From assembly GCA_050015395.1 (NCBI GenBank), contig JBEKBM010000011.1, positions 1-64,000 of the forward strand: a stretch of 64,000 bases of DNA, in the 5' to 3' direction. The stretch is from Candidatus Bathyarchaeia archaeon. GTDB taxonomy: Archaea; Thermoproteota; Bathyarchaeia; Bathyarchaeales; Bathycorpusculaceae. Each line of letters starts with the position of its first letter. Positions within the stretch are counted from its first letter, which is position 1. Both the position numbers and the translations under genes were made by a program. This document shows positions 38,821 through 48,610 of the stretch, one piece after another. Under the pieces are notes generated by a model. That model saw nothing but the letters and a program-made list of their open reading frames with translations. It made no database searches and had not been told where the DNA came from.

Positions 38821-38866
38821 CAAAAGCCAAGAAACAGGTGTTAAATACCCAAGCCGATTACATTTC

Positions 38867-40585
38867 TTATGTTTCAAGCGCTTTTGCGGAAGCGTTAGCA
38901 TAAATTGACCCGAATTTGTTTACGAGGTCTTTCTGAGTGTAAACTGAGGCATGTAAGTTAAAGAAATTGTCCATTCTGCCTGTTTCCACACCAATTCCGA
39001 TAACTATGACTCCTTTCCGTAGCAAATCATCAACGCATTCTTTTAGGGTTATTGGCATGTCGGGATAGCCATATGGCCACCCGTCGGAGATAACTATTAA
39101 GCAGCGTTGTTCTTCAAACCGTTTAGCCAGCATTTTTCCAGCCATCTGGATTGCGTCAGGAATGTAAGTGAGTCCTTCAAATTTCAAGCCGCCAATTCTA
39201 CCTCTAACTCTCTTTGAATAAGATTCCGAACTGTCCTTAAGTATGTAGAGTTTATCGCTGAAAGCGAAGAATGTCCAGGATGTTGGGTCAGTCATTAACT
39301 CTTTCGCTGCCTCAGCCACAGCTATAGCTAATGCTCGACCATATTCTCCTTTCACCTGCATACTGTTGCTAACGTCAAAAATTAGTGACCACGCAAAATT
39401 TGGCTTAAGATACTCATCAAGGACAAACACATCTGTCGCTGGCTTGTTACTTGCCAAGGATTGAATTACAGCAGCTAAATCTAGTTGACCCATTTCTTGC
39501 CTTGGGTCCTCATCAAAATAATTAAAGGCTGATCTGAGAGTGTCGAGAAGTCGCCGGCTTGCCCCTTGAACCAAATTTCTGGCTCTTAGATATTGGGTAT
39601 AATCTTCCTCTGGAATAGAGACCGATTTAAATCGGGTCAAAGTTACATAGGGGTTGATTTTTGAAAGTATTTTTTCTTCACGTAGCTTTTGGTAATTGTC
39701 AGAATTAAATGCTTGTAAGGCCTCTACTTCCTGTTCCGGTCTCCAACATTGGTCTATATTGTCAACGGTAGGTACGTTGCCTCCTATGCTTATGAGAGAT
39801 TGCCAAAATAGGCCTTCAAAATCATCATCCACTGATATTTCCGCTTCGCTGTAGATGCTGCAGCGCCCGTTGCTTTCAGTATGTCTAAGTGAGGGCGCTT
39901 CCAAAAATGGGCCAAAAGGCTCAAGTAAACGCTTTATACCTTTAACTTTTTCGTCAAATAACTCTTCCAGTTTAATCTGTTCGCCAGCTATTGACGCTAA
40001 GAACGTTACTTTAAGAGCCGTTAGGTCGCTGAATAATTGATTTACTGTTTGCTCTTCCTCTGTGCCTGGAGAATTTTTGATTAAGCCTGTGTTAAGTTTT
40101 GTCAGTAAAGCCGCCATAAGCTTCGTTGAAGCGGTAAAGATTCTTTCTGAAGATTTTATTTTCTGGTAAGCCAACGCGTTAGCGTAAGCAATGTCGAAGA
40201 ATCTGTCAGGATACCAAGCTTGAATGTAGCTGTTGATGTAAGTGTCATTAATTAGCGACTTGGCGAACGCTTCAACTATTGAGTCTGACTTTTTAGGAAC
40301 AATTTTTTCTTTGGGAAATGGCGCCAAAGTGTGAGTTGTTAAGTGTAGAACAGATGCCCTAAATAATCGCCCAATTTTCGATTTACCTTTATTGTTTGCC
40401 TCAAATTTGTGTCCAAGGAATGAAACGTTTCCGTCTTCCAACATGCGAACGGTTGGGAGCTTAATGGTGAACCCAAAATTGTCACTTTGCAACGTAGGCT
40501 GAAATAAGGTTGGGTCCTGAAGTATTTTTACTTTAGTATTATCCTTTTGTAAAGAAACCGACCAAGCATAATCAATAAATCCCAA
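38867..40585 (-). CDS. vWA-domain protein (NorD/CbbO-like), partner of MoxR ATPase
   Basis: GQLDL, MIDAS DVSNS...T...ISDG, VIGIGV. Confidence 0.9.
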   Translation of the reverse strand: MGFIDYAWSVSLQKDNTKVKILQDPTLFQPTLQSDNFGFTIKLPTVRMLEDGNVSFLGHKFEANNKGKSKIGRLFRASVLHLTTHTLAPFPKEKIVPKKSDSIVEAFAKSLINDTYINSYIQAWYPDRFFDIAYANALAYQKIKSSERIFTASTKLMAALLTKLNTGLIKNSPGTEEEQTVNQLFSDLTALKVTFLASIAGEQIKLEELFDEKVKGIKRLLEPFGPFLEAPSLRHTESNGRCSIYSEAEISVDDDFEGLFWQSLISIGGNVPTVDNIDQCWRPEQEVEALQAFNSDNYQKLREEKILSKINPYVTLTRFKSVSIPEEDYTQYLRARNLVQGASRRLLDTLRSAFNYFDEDPRQEMGQLDLAAVIQSLASNKPATDVFVLDEYLKPNFAWSLIFDVSNSMQVKGEYGRALAIAVAEAAKELMTDPTSWTFFAFSDKLYILKDSSESYSKRVRGRIGGLKFEGLTYIPDAIQMAGKMLAKRFEEQRCLIVISDGWPYGYPDMPITLKECVDDLLRKGVIVIGIGVETGRMDNFFNLHASVYTQKDLVNKFGSIYANASAKALET

Positions 40586-40608
40586 AATGCAATAACTCCA
40601 AATTATTG

Positions 40609-41628
40609 CTATTTATTAAAAACTGCTTCTAGGATCCTCCTCACATCTGCTTGGACTTCGGCGTTGTCGCTGGTTAACCCGACTATGGTTTCTTCAGCTC
40701 CTCCCATAGGAGTATTTCCATCTTTGACTAAAGTAGCCCAGTTGATTAAGTCGCCTAAGGAGGGTCCATAAGGCAAGTCGCCTGCTTTGTATTGTCTTCT
40801 CAACTCGGCGCCAGCTTGAATGATTTTATAAGCGGTATCCTGATCAACATTTGTTCTTTTACGCAACATGTCCACCTCATCCGGAGAGATGGTTTCTCCA
40901 ACGCTTAAGAAATCAAAGTTTATCCAGACAGCCATGCGTCGTCTCATGGCGGCGTTTAACGGTTTTGTCCCTAAGAATTCAGATGTGGCAGGGTTCATGC
41001 TAATAATCATGTACCCGTACTTATGGCGCTCAATTACCTCACTGTCTTTTTCATTTAGCACCAGGTGGCCTCTTGTGTCTAAAACTGGGTTTAATCTTGT
41101 GGCTACGTCCTGCTTCATCATGTTTGCTTCGTCGAGGTACATGATGCCGCCTTTTCTTAGCCATTGGGTTAATAGTCCGTCTACCCAGTTTTCTTTGCCT
41201 AACCCGATGAATCGCCCGATGAGGTCAAATGAGGATGTTGATAAGCCGCAGTTGACTTCCCAAATTGGTAAGCCTGTGAGTTCTGCCACTAAGTAAACAA
41301 TGTGGGTTTTGCCTGTTCCTGATGGTCCGATTAAGCTGCATTGCTTGAAATAATAGAGTGCGCGTACGATGCGTTCAACGTAGTTTAGTCCATGGTCTAG
41401 GTATTCTGGCGTGTTTTTTGGTATCATGTCGTCAAGGTGGGAGAAGCTGAAGTTCGGGTGAAGGTCGTATCTTTGTATGTTGTATTTTTCGTATAAGGGG
41501 CATTTGGACATGGGGCGTTCTTTGTCTAAGGATACGGTTACCTTGAATTTGTCTTCTTTAAGGGATGAAACCTCATGAATTCTGCTTGCATCAGCTTTTT
41601 CTTTTGTACCTTGATGTCCATAACTCAT
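40609..41628 (-). CDS. MoxR-family AAA+ ATPase (CbbQ/NirQ/NorQ-like)
   Basis: GPSGTGKT, DLIG, WVDG, YLDEAN, SMNP, LNAAMRRR. Confidence 0.93.
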   Translation of the reverse strand: MSYGHQGTKEKADASRIHEVSSLKEDKFKVTVSLDKERPMSKCPLYEKYNIQRYDLHPNFSFSHLDDMIPKNTPEYLDHGLNYVERIVRALYYFKQCSLIGPSGTGKTHIVYLVAELTGLPIWEVNCGLSTSSFDLIGRFIGLGKENWVDGLLTQWLRKGGIMYLDEANMMKQDVATRLNPVLDTRGHLVLNEKDSEVIERHKYGYMIISMNPATSEFLGTKPLNAAMRRRMAVWINFDFLSVGETISPDEVDMLRKRTNVDQDTAYKIIQAGAELRRQYKAGDLPYGPSLGDLINWATLVKDGNTPMGGAEETIVGLTSDNAEVQADVRRILEAVFNK

Positions 41629-41847
41629 TCGGCGCCGTCTCTGGAGTAATATTGAGTTTAGGATCCAATAAATAAATAATGCGTATTACTACTTCATATA
41701 CACACTACATATTGCGCTGCGACTAAATCTTTCGTATTCCTGCTTCATATTGCGGTATGTTTTGCGCACCTAAAATTCTGTGCATAAGCTTCTGAGACAT
41801 ACAAGCACTTTTCTGCTTAGAAAACGCTAAGCACCATTTGATCAACA

Positions 41848-42378
41848 TTGACTCAAGAAGTAGTAGTTAAGGAAGCGCCTGCAGAACTCTTCTCTTCGCA
41901 GGAACTCAAACAGTCTGAGAAGAAAAAGCAGGTGACAATTCAAGAGCTTGTTGAATCTCTAAAAAGCACAGGCGACGATATCGGCCAAATAAGCGAATTA
42001 TGTTCAGAAGAAAAAATATTGGTAGCTCAATTTTTCTCGTCTCTCTTTAAACTCATGCAGCCCCTAGCTTCATCAATAGCTGTAAACCAATTAGCACTTC
42101 CAGCTCAACTGGGCGATGTAGTCCAAGCACATATTGATCCAACAGGACATTTGATATTACAGTTTGAAGACGGTCACCTTGAACTCAAAGATTTAAGCGA
42201 AGAAAAAAACCGCGACCTCATGACTGCAGTTGTCGGAGATGTCATGCCAAAATTCAAAAACTTAACAAGCCAGCAAAAACGCAAGTTAGAGAACCGGATA
42301 AAGCTACTCTCAAGTATAACAAAGGAAATTCAGAAGAGTTCCGAGGCTCTTTCAGCAGCTATGTCTGCTGACCAATAG
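41848..42378 (+). CDS. Hypothetical coiled-coil protein
   Basis: 176-aa ORF, protein-like composition. Confidence 0.75.
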   Translation: MTQEVVVKEAPAELFSSQELKQSEKKKQVTIQELVESLKSTGDDIGQISELCSEEKILVAQFFSSLFKLMQPLASSIAVNQLALPAQLGDVVQAHIDPTGHLILQFEDGHLELKDLSEEKNRDLMTAVVGDVMPKFKNLTSQQKRKLENRIKLLSSITKEIQKSSEALSAAMSADQ

Positions 42379-42389
42379 CTACCCCTTTT

Positions 42390-42732
42390 TTATTTGCCTG
42401 CTAGGTAACTAACCGTAAAGCTTGATCCGCCAGCGGTAAGAGCTGAGACTGACGTTAATTTAGCATTTTGGCTGTTTGTCATTTGTATTTTAGAAAATGA
42501 AAACGTGGCTATGAGACCAGTAACATTGTTTACGTTTACATGGCAATCTGTAAACGTGATGTTTCCGAAATCTGGCAGGGTGCTAGTTTGGTTATTTATA
42601 GTTGGTCTTTCCACTATCCATTCGCCTGAAGAACGGGTGGAATTGTAAACAACATTGTTGCTGAAGGTTTGCCCGGTTGTTGCATCGCTTATTTGTATGC
42701 TCCACTGATTTGTGTCTGAATTAACTATATTT
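42390..42732 (-). pseudogene. C-terminal half of interrupted G1 (peptidase A4) glutamic peptidase
   Basis: Reads NIVNSDTNQWSIQISDATTGQTFSNNVVYNSTRSSGEWIVERPT...LPDFGNITFTDC; EWIVE catalytic motif. Confidence 0.9.
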
Positions 42733-42795
42733 CAACACATATACGAGTGTGTTTTATACATTCCGTTTATATTATTGCGCGCGAATGTATATCCG

Positions 42796-44073
42796 ATGAT
42801 AAAAATGAACGCAACAAACGAAAACGAAAAAATCGCAAAGATCGACATTCCACTGAAACGCGCGGATGCACAGATATGGCTGTTAGGTTTCAAGGAAATA
42901 AAAGAGAATTGGCTAACAGAGGTTAAAGCTGAACGGACGGGAAGCGAAAAAACCGCAAACATCTATCTTGATATAATCGCGTTGTTCTGTCGATACATGA
43001 ACATGACGCCTGCCGAAATTGTAGCGAAAGGCACGCTTGAAGTTAGAAAAGAGGCGACAGGCGATTTACAGCGAAAAACGTGGGCTGATCAAACATCGCT
43101 CGCGTTCTTCACATGGTTGCAGACGCAGAAAGGCAAGTGCGGAAAACTTTGGACGCGTACACGCGCAAAAACCGCTTATGGCACCGTAAGATCATTCCTT
43201 CGTTACAACGGCTTCACGTTCAAAGGAAAAACCCCGATTGCGCAGACGCAAACCCATACTAAACTGCCATCGAACGAGCAGTTGGCAAGTGCATGGAAAA
43301 TAGCAACGTTCACGCAAAAGCTTGCTGTTGGAATTTTAAGATCGACATTGTGGCGTCCAGAAGACGCGTTAACATTAGCGTTCGGAGACTTACAAGAGCA
43401 ATATGATCCGAAGCGGTTTTACATCGAGAAGGTCACGGAGAAGGAACAGCTTCCAGTCGGCGTTTACTTAACAGCGGAAACAACGGAATTGGTACGGTTG
43501 GACATGCGGAAGCGTTTCGGTAATGAAATCCCGAAAGACGCAAAAATCTTAGATTACAACTATAACGCGTTGCTTGGAATTGTGCAACGGTTCGGTGAGT
43601 CCGTCGGATTAAAGCTTTCACCGAAATACTTCCGCAAAATGGGACGGACAAGATGCGCTCCGATAATCGGTCAAGACGCACTTTTCAAAATGGCAGGGTG
43701 GGCGCTTCCAGGCGTCGGGCGCAATTACATGTTACCGTCTCCCGAAGACACGTTAAAATCCTATTTACGGATTGAAGCGTTGTTGACGTTTGAGCCGAAA
43801 GCTGTAAGCGATAAGGATCAACAAATCGAAAACTTGCTTATGGGCGCAATTGCGCAAGGATTATTAGCGCCTGAAAAAGCGGCGATGGTAAGGAACGTAT
43901 GGCGCATAAAAGCGTTATCACCTGAACAAGTAGCGGTTGAAATTGCCAAAATGAAAAAACAGCTTCCAACACAAGGCGGAGGCTTAAACTTCCAGCAGCA
44001 GGCATCGGATCAATTCGCAAAGATTTTACTTGACGCGTTAAAGCAAGTAAAACAAGAAATGAACAAAACCTAA
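42796..44073 (+). CDS. Tyrosine recombinase/integrase
   Basis: SEKTANIY core-binding helix, LWRPEDAL (R), TEK (K), SPKYFRK (HxxR variant), MAGW, RNY (Y); start moved to ATG 42796 because 42712 lies outside the att core. Confidence 0.9.
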   Translation: MIKMNATNENEKIAKIDIPLKRADAQIWLLGFKEIKENWLTEVKAERTGSEKTANIYLDIIALFCRYMNMTPAEIVAKGTLEVRKEATGDLQRKTWADQTSLAFFTWLQTQKGKCGKLWTRTRAKTAYGTVRSFLRYNGFTFKGKTPIAQTQTHTKLPSNEQLASAWKIATFTQKLAVGILRSTLWRPEDALTLAFGDLQEQYDPKRFYIEKVTEKEQLPVGVYLTAETTELVRLDMRKRFGNEIPKDAKILDYNYNALLGIVQRFGESVGLKLSPKYFRKMGRTRCAPIIGQDALFKMAGWALPGVGRNYMLPSPEDTLKSYLRIEALLTFEPKAVSDKDQQIENLLMGAIAQGLLAPEKAAMVRNVWRIKALSPEQVAVEIAKMKKQLPTQGGGLNFQQQASDQFAKILLDALKQVKQEMNKT

Positions 44074-44225
44074 ATTTCCCTTTCTTTTTTCTGTTTGTTT
44101 TTCGCAAAATTTTCCTATCTGTCCGTTCTGTCCGTTCTGGAAAGGCTTTTATGCGCGACTGCATCTTTAAAACTGTTGACTTGAAAAACGGAAACCTTGC
44201 GATCTGCGTCTCCGACTTTGCGACT

Positions 44226-44578
44226 CCGAAAGTACGTTAACTTGAACGTTTGTTCAATATCCGAAAGTACTTTGCAATTGAACGTTTGTTTAGTTAATTT
44301 TATCGAATATCTGTTCGAACTTTCAATAAAAACTTCGAACTATGAACATTTATTCAAATTTCAAGGGAAAACAGAACAAAACGCGAACGAAATCGAACTT
44401 TAAAACTTGCGCATCTATCCAACATAACGGAGTTATTTTTAACGTTTGTTCATTTTTTCATGGTTTTTCTGCAAAAGTGTACAAAAAGAGTACAAATGAC
44501 GCGAGCTAACCGCGTGGTAGGTCGAAGATTTTTGAAAATTTGTTAAGATTTTTCGGTTAAAAATGAACGTTCGTTCAA
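44226..44578. repeat. Cluster of five 16-bp quasi-palindromes in a non-coding part of the element
   Basis: TTGAACGTTTGTTCAA 44242, TTGAACGTTTGTTTAG 44278, ATGAACATTTATTCAA 44342, TTTAACGTTTGTTCAT 44438, ATGAACGTTCGTTCAA 44563; CCGAAAGTAC at 44226 and 44261. Confidence 0.75.
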
Positions 44579-44747
44579 TGTTCGATAAAATTCGATGTTT
44601 TTCGTTCAAAAGCACGTATCCGCGCCCATGCTTCGAAATCGCTCGAAATCCATCGAAGTGACGCTTGTTTTCATGTGGTTTTGATAGGTTTTGACGCGGA
44701 GACACGCGAGCAATGCGCGGTCTGCTAACTTAATCTCTATCTGCTTT

Positions 44748-45212
44748 TTATGGTTTTCCGTTTGAACGAACAAAGAACCGCACCGTGTTATAGACAAGTC
44801 GCGGTATGTCATCTTCCCTTGTCGGAGTCGCGATTTGCCAAACCTCTTTAGGAACGATCTTAACCGCGTATTCTGCGCTAAAAACTTTTGTGTCAAAAAC
44901 TGCGCGCCATAACCCGATTATTCTGTCTTTCTCCATGTCAACGTCTTTCAGCAAGAATAAGGCTTGAAAGAAAGGTGTCATGTTTTCTCTGTTAAATATC
45001 TCCTTTAACTGTTCTTCGGGTAATGTTTCAGCGAGAAGTTTAAGGTCTTTAAGAGCGAGGGTTGCGTACGTCAAAAGTCTTTTATCATATTCGGTTTGTG
45101 TATGTTTGTCGTAACCTGCCTTTGTTTTGCTTTCAACATATTTCTTCATTCGTTTCGTCAACATGTTTTTTCCTTCTGTCACAATTTTTGTGTTTTTTAC
45201 GTTAATTAACAC
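44748..45212 (-). CDS. Hypothetical protein of the element
   Basis: 154-aa ORF, likely start MLTKRMK; divergent from main element operon. Confidence 0.7.
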   Translation of the reverse strand: MLINVKNTKIVTEGKNMLTKRMKKYVESKTKAGYDKHTQTEYDKRLLTYATLALKDLKLLAETLPEEQLKEIFNRENMTPFFQALFLLKDVDMEKDRIIGLWRAVFDTKVFSAEYAVKIVPKEVWQIATPTREDDIPRLVYNTVRFFVRSNGKP

Positions 45213-45289
45213 GCGAATTGTTCATATAAACGTTTGCAATCATGTACATACAAACACGAAAACAACAAACAAAATGAAGGAACATCAAT

Positions 45290-45430
45290 TTGAGAAATTT
45301 AACTATCCCCGTAAGCGATGCAATCTTTGACAAATTCAAGGCTATTCAGGAACAGCACGATTTCAAAAATCAGTCGGATTGCTTGGAGTACATCATAGAG
45401 CAAGTAGCGACAAAGGAGATTGAAAAGTGA
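45290..45430 (+). CDS. Ribbon-helix-helix (CopG-like) small regulator
   Basis: Manual translation from TTG: LRNLTIPVSDAIFDKFKAIQEQHDFKNQSDCLEYIIEQVATKEIEK; stop overlaps next start (GTGA). Confidence 0.7.
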   Translation: MRNLTIPVSDAIFDKFKAIQEQHDFKNQSDCLEYIIEQVATKEIEK

Positions 45431-46029
45431 TAGTCTCCGTTGCTAAATCGCTTTTAAAACAGGAGATAATCGATTTATCCACGCATTACGTTAGATATGG
45501 TTTCGCGGATGGACATCTCGAAAATCTCTGGGAAAAAGCTTACTTAATGCGGAAGGAAGGAAAAATTGATACAGAACTCGATGCATTCATTACAACAAAC
45601 TTAATCCCGTATCTCGCTAAATCACATGGCATTTATCACGCATATCTACCCGAAAACGCTGATCTTAACGATTTTTGGATTTTAGTTGGGAGATTAGCGT
45701 CGAAGCAGGATATTGACGAGTTTAAGGTTTTCTGGACGGTCACCTTAGCAAACGCTAAGAACTTGCATCCTAAAACGGAAATTGGAATAAAGGAACAAGA
45801 AGAACTTTTAACTGACATTCCAAATGAAGAAAAAGAGAGTTTACGACGTTTTGCATATCTCCCAATGCAGCCGATGACTGACGCGAACGATCCGAGAAAC
45901 CAACAATTTCATAATTTTTGTATCGACGTTGCCAATGTCATTGTGGAAAGTAAGCGTATTGTGATTGATTTACCACGTCCGCAGGGCGCTTCGTGGTTAT
46001 CAAGTGAAGAAACACGCACAGGTGCATAA
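45427..46029 (+). CDS. Hypothetical protein of the element
   Basis: 200-aa ORF, coupled to RHH gene. Confidence 0.75.
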   Translation: MIVSVAKSLLKQEIIDLSTHYVRYGFADGHLENLWEKAYLMRKEGKIDTELDAFITTNLIPYLAKSHGIYHAYLPENADLNDFWILVGRLASKQDIDEFKVFWTVTLANAKNLHPKTEIGIKEQEELLTDIPNEEKESLRRFAYLPMQPMTDANDPRNQQFHNFCIDVANVIVESKRIVIDLPRPQGASWLSSEETRTGA

Positions 46030-46033
46030 AAAA

Positions 46034-46801
46034 ATGAATGAAAAATTAATCGTGAACAACCCACAAGAAATTCTAAAAATTTCCAATCTTTCTCCTTTGA
46101 TAAACCCGATTTTACGGTCAAAGACGAGTAATAGGGAAAAGGCAGAATTAATAGAGGCTGTTTGCGGCAACTTACAATTGTTTAACGGCGTGGCTAATAA
46201 ACCGTCCGAAATTTATAAAATGGCTAAAGTGACGGTGCAAATAGGCGACCTTACAAAACAAATAATGAACATGGAAGGAACAGACGAACAGAAAGCGGAA
46301 TTTATGAAGTTCATTTTTGGCGATTTGCAAAAACAAATTGATAAGAACGCGGAGATTGACGAACAAATTCGTCCTATATTAGCTGAAGAATTCCGAAAGC
46401 AATTTTACGCGCTTCCAGAAATTGCAGCTCGAATGAACCTGTTCGAAGTCGCAAAATTAGACACGGAATTCAAAACCTTAACCGCTAACATCAAGGAACA
46501 TTTAAGTCCTGAATTTATAAGTTCGCGTCAAGACCGACTCGTCACCATGAAAACTCGAAAACTGTTAACTGAAGCGGTAGAAAGCGACAAGGTTAAGAAA
46601 ATATTCAAAGTGAGTCCTGACGACCCCGAGGCGCTAAAAGCGATCACGGAAACCATGCTTACGGAAGCGCGACAACGGAACGCGGATTTAAAGCGGAAAC
46701 TTGGAGAATTATTGCCTAATCAATTTGTTTACGCTAACCTTTCAATGTCCGATAAACATTTAGTAAATTTTCTCAGGGAGGCGATAAAGATTGAAAAGTG
46801 A
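46034..46801 (+). CDS. Hypothetical helical protein of the element
   Basis: ORF 45965-46801; likely start ATG 46034 (MNEKL) just after the previous stop. Confidence 0.75.
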   Translation: MNEKLIVNNPQEILKISNLSPLINPILRSKTSNREKAELIEAVCGNLQLFNGVANKPSEIYKMAKVTVQIGDLTKQIMNMEGTDEQKAEFMKFIFGDLQKQIDKNAEIDEQIRPILAEEFRKQFYALPEIAARMNLFEVAKLDTEFKTLTANIKEHLSPEFISSRQDRLVTMKTRKLLTEAVESDKVKKIFKVSPDDPEALKAITETMLTEARQRNADLKRKLGELLPNQFVYANLSMSDKHLVNFLREAIKIEK

Positions 46802-47253
46802 AAAATCTGGATCAACCGCTTTCCGAGCTGAAACCAGCGACGACGAGTCATCAAAAATTATGAAAGTTTACGAACAACAATCGCCTTACTATCAAGGCGA
46901 AACAGGACAAACAGATCAGCGTCCAGTAATGGGTAAAGGCGCAAAGATGGATGTTATTCAAAAGTTCAATTTGGACGTGGAGAAACATCAAACAGCGGAT
47001 AACGTAACCGACATAAGCAAAAAGCAAAGGGAAGGAAATAAAACCCTTCCGTAAAAAGGCGCAAAAAATGACGACTGTAGCTGATTTAAAAAAGCAACTT
47101 GCTGGATTAAGAGCAACCATCGAAAAAATGGAAGGAACGATACAAGAAAAAGAAGAGTTTTTCAAATTAATAACGAAAAACGAAAACGCTGAAATAGCAA
47201 AGTTTGAGTACGAAGAAGCGGAAGTGAGACGACAAACTTCGTACATTGTTTGA
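46791..47253 (+). CDS. Two small hypothetical ORFs (46791-47054 and 47068-47253)
   Basis: Consecutive co-oriented short ORFs; second is coiled-coil-like. Confidence 0.55.
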
Positions 47254-47544
47254 GTGATAAAAGATCGAGACCCATCGACCAGATATCACAACGAGCTTTA
47301 CGGAGGGGAAATCCGTGTTTCTTCTCCGTAGGCTCCAAAAGTAACGCGCGTCGGAAACGCGTTATCTGGAAACTCCAACGTACGCTTTTTTGGTGTACGT
47401 GGTTTCCAGCAAACGCTTACAAAGGTCAAAAATTCGACGCAAAGACAAACGGCGCGAAACAAGGTCGGGGTGTTCGGTGCGGGAGGCTATTCTTCACTTC
47501 CGCATCGGCACCCTTAGGATAACAACATAAGAGATAAGATAAAA

Positions 47545-47802
47545 ATGAAAAGGAAAAGGAAACAGCTATATTATGGCTGGTGTGGAAAATGCGACAATAT
47601 AGTCATAAGTCGTTTTCCATTCATCGGTTTATGTCGCTGCCGTAGCGTCCACATTGTTAAACTGAAACGGACAAATTTAACGCTGAATGAAATCCGAGAA
47701 ATAACGCAAAAACCGCAATGCGTCGCAACAATGGAAATTCCAAAAGAAACTCCGAAGGAAACGCGACAGGAAATAACATACGTGATTTATGGAGCCGAAT
47801 AA
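47545..47802 (+). CDS. Small zinc-ribbon-like protein
   Basis: WCGKC...LCRC. Confidence 0.65.
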   Translation: MKRKRKQLYYGWCGKCDNIVISRFPFIGLCRCRSVHIVKLKRTNLTLNEIREITQKPQCVATMEIPKETPKETRQEITYVIYGAE

Positions 47803-47803
47803 A

Positions 47804-48114
47804 ATGAGCGGTGGAGAAATAGACGACGTCGCGGGGAAGATTGACCGTGCTGCTGGACAATTGGATCAGGCTGGTGGCGTGATTAAAACTAAACCGCGTC
47901 CAAAACCTGTAAAATCAACAACGAAAAAGGCGGTGAAGGAGAAATGAACTATGAATTTCTAATGGCTTACCGTCCGCCTTTATCAGCGGATCAGATTGCA
48001 GAAATAAGCGACGCAATAACAAAACTTGTTAATCAAGCGGTCACAGCAGCAGATACTAATGCTAATAAGCGTGCGGAAGAATTGTTACAGAAAGCGGAAA
48101 CGGAGACACAATGA
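47804..48114 (+). CDS. Two overlapping small ORFs (47804-47947, 47 aa; 47944-48114, 56 aa)
   Basis: Manual translation MSGGEIDDVAGK... and MNYEFLMAYRPP...; ATGA overlap. Confidence 0.55.
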
Positions 48115-48135
48115 CGGACGAAGAGGTGAGAAAAT

Positions 48136-48594
48136 ATGGATATAAAAGATGGAAAAGCGTATCAAACGGAAACGAGTGATGGAAAATTCACCTTTAACCG
48201 AATAAAGAAACCGACCGTTAAAGGCGGAGTCATCTATAACATAATAGAAACAGAAACAACCCTTTTCAAAGGAGACTATTTTCTGCCTATGTGGGATAGC
48301 ACGGATCATCTTCAATTTGCATGTCAAAAATGCAAAAGCGCAGCGGACGTTTTAAGGATTAAATTCGACACAAAATATGCTGGACCTCCAGACCCAAAAT
48401 ACGTTATGCTCTTTTATTTAGGCTGTCCAGCTTGCGGACTTTCAGGTGTACGTAAGATTTACTTGGATGTTAATTTAGCGAAGTGGCATAATCAGGTCGC
48501 GTTTGACGGAGAGAAACTCTACGTTTACGGCAACGAAAGAAAGCCAGTGCAAGTTTTAGATGTTGAAATAAAACAACCTGAAAAGGAAAAATAA
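48136..48594 (+). CDS. Zn-binding hypothetical protein
   Basis: CQKC...CPAC; SD GAGGTGA upstream. Confidence 0.75.
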   Translation: MDIKDGKAYQTETSDGKFTFNRIKKPTVKGGVIYNIIETETTLFKGDYFLPMWDSTDHLQFACQKCKSAADVLRIKFDTKYAGPPDPKYVMLFYLGCPACGLSGVRKIYLDVNLAKWHNQVAFDGEKLYVYGNERKPVQVLDVEIKQPEKEK

Positions 48595-48610
48595 AAGAGA
48601 TTGAACAATA

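Noticed and set aside
42712-42795. Integrase N-terminal extension given by the ORF track
   Set aside because: It begins outside the att core in host sequence; ATG 42796 or 42805 is more plausible
44197-44896. Short ORFs 44197-44403, 44439-44705 and 44606-44896
   Set aside because: They overlap the palindromic repeat tract or a better ORF and lack protein-like features
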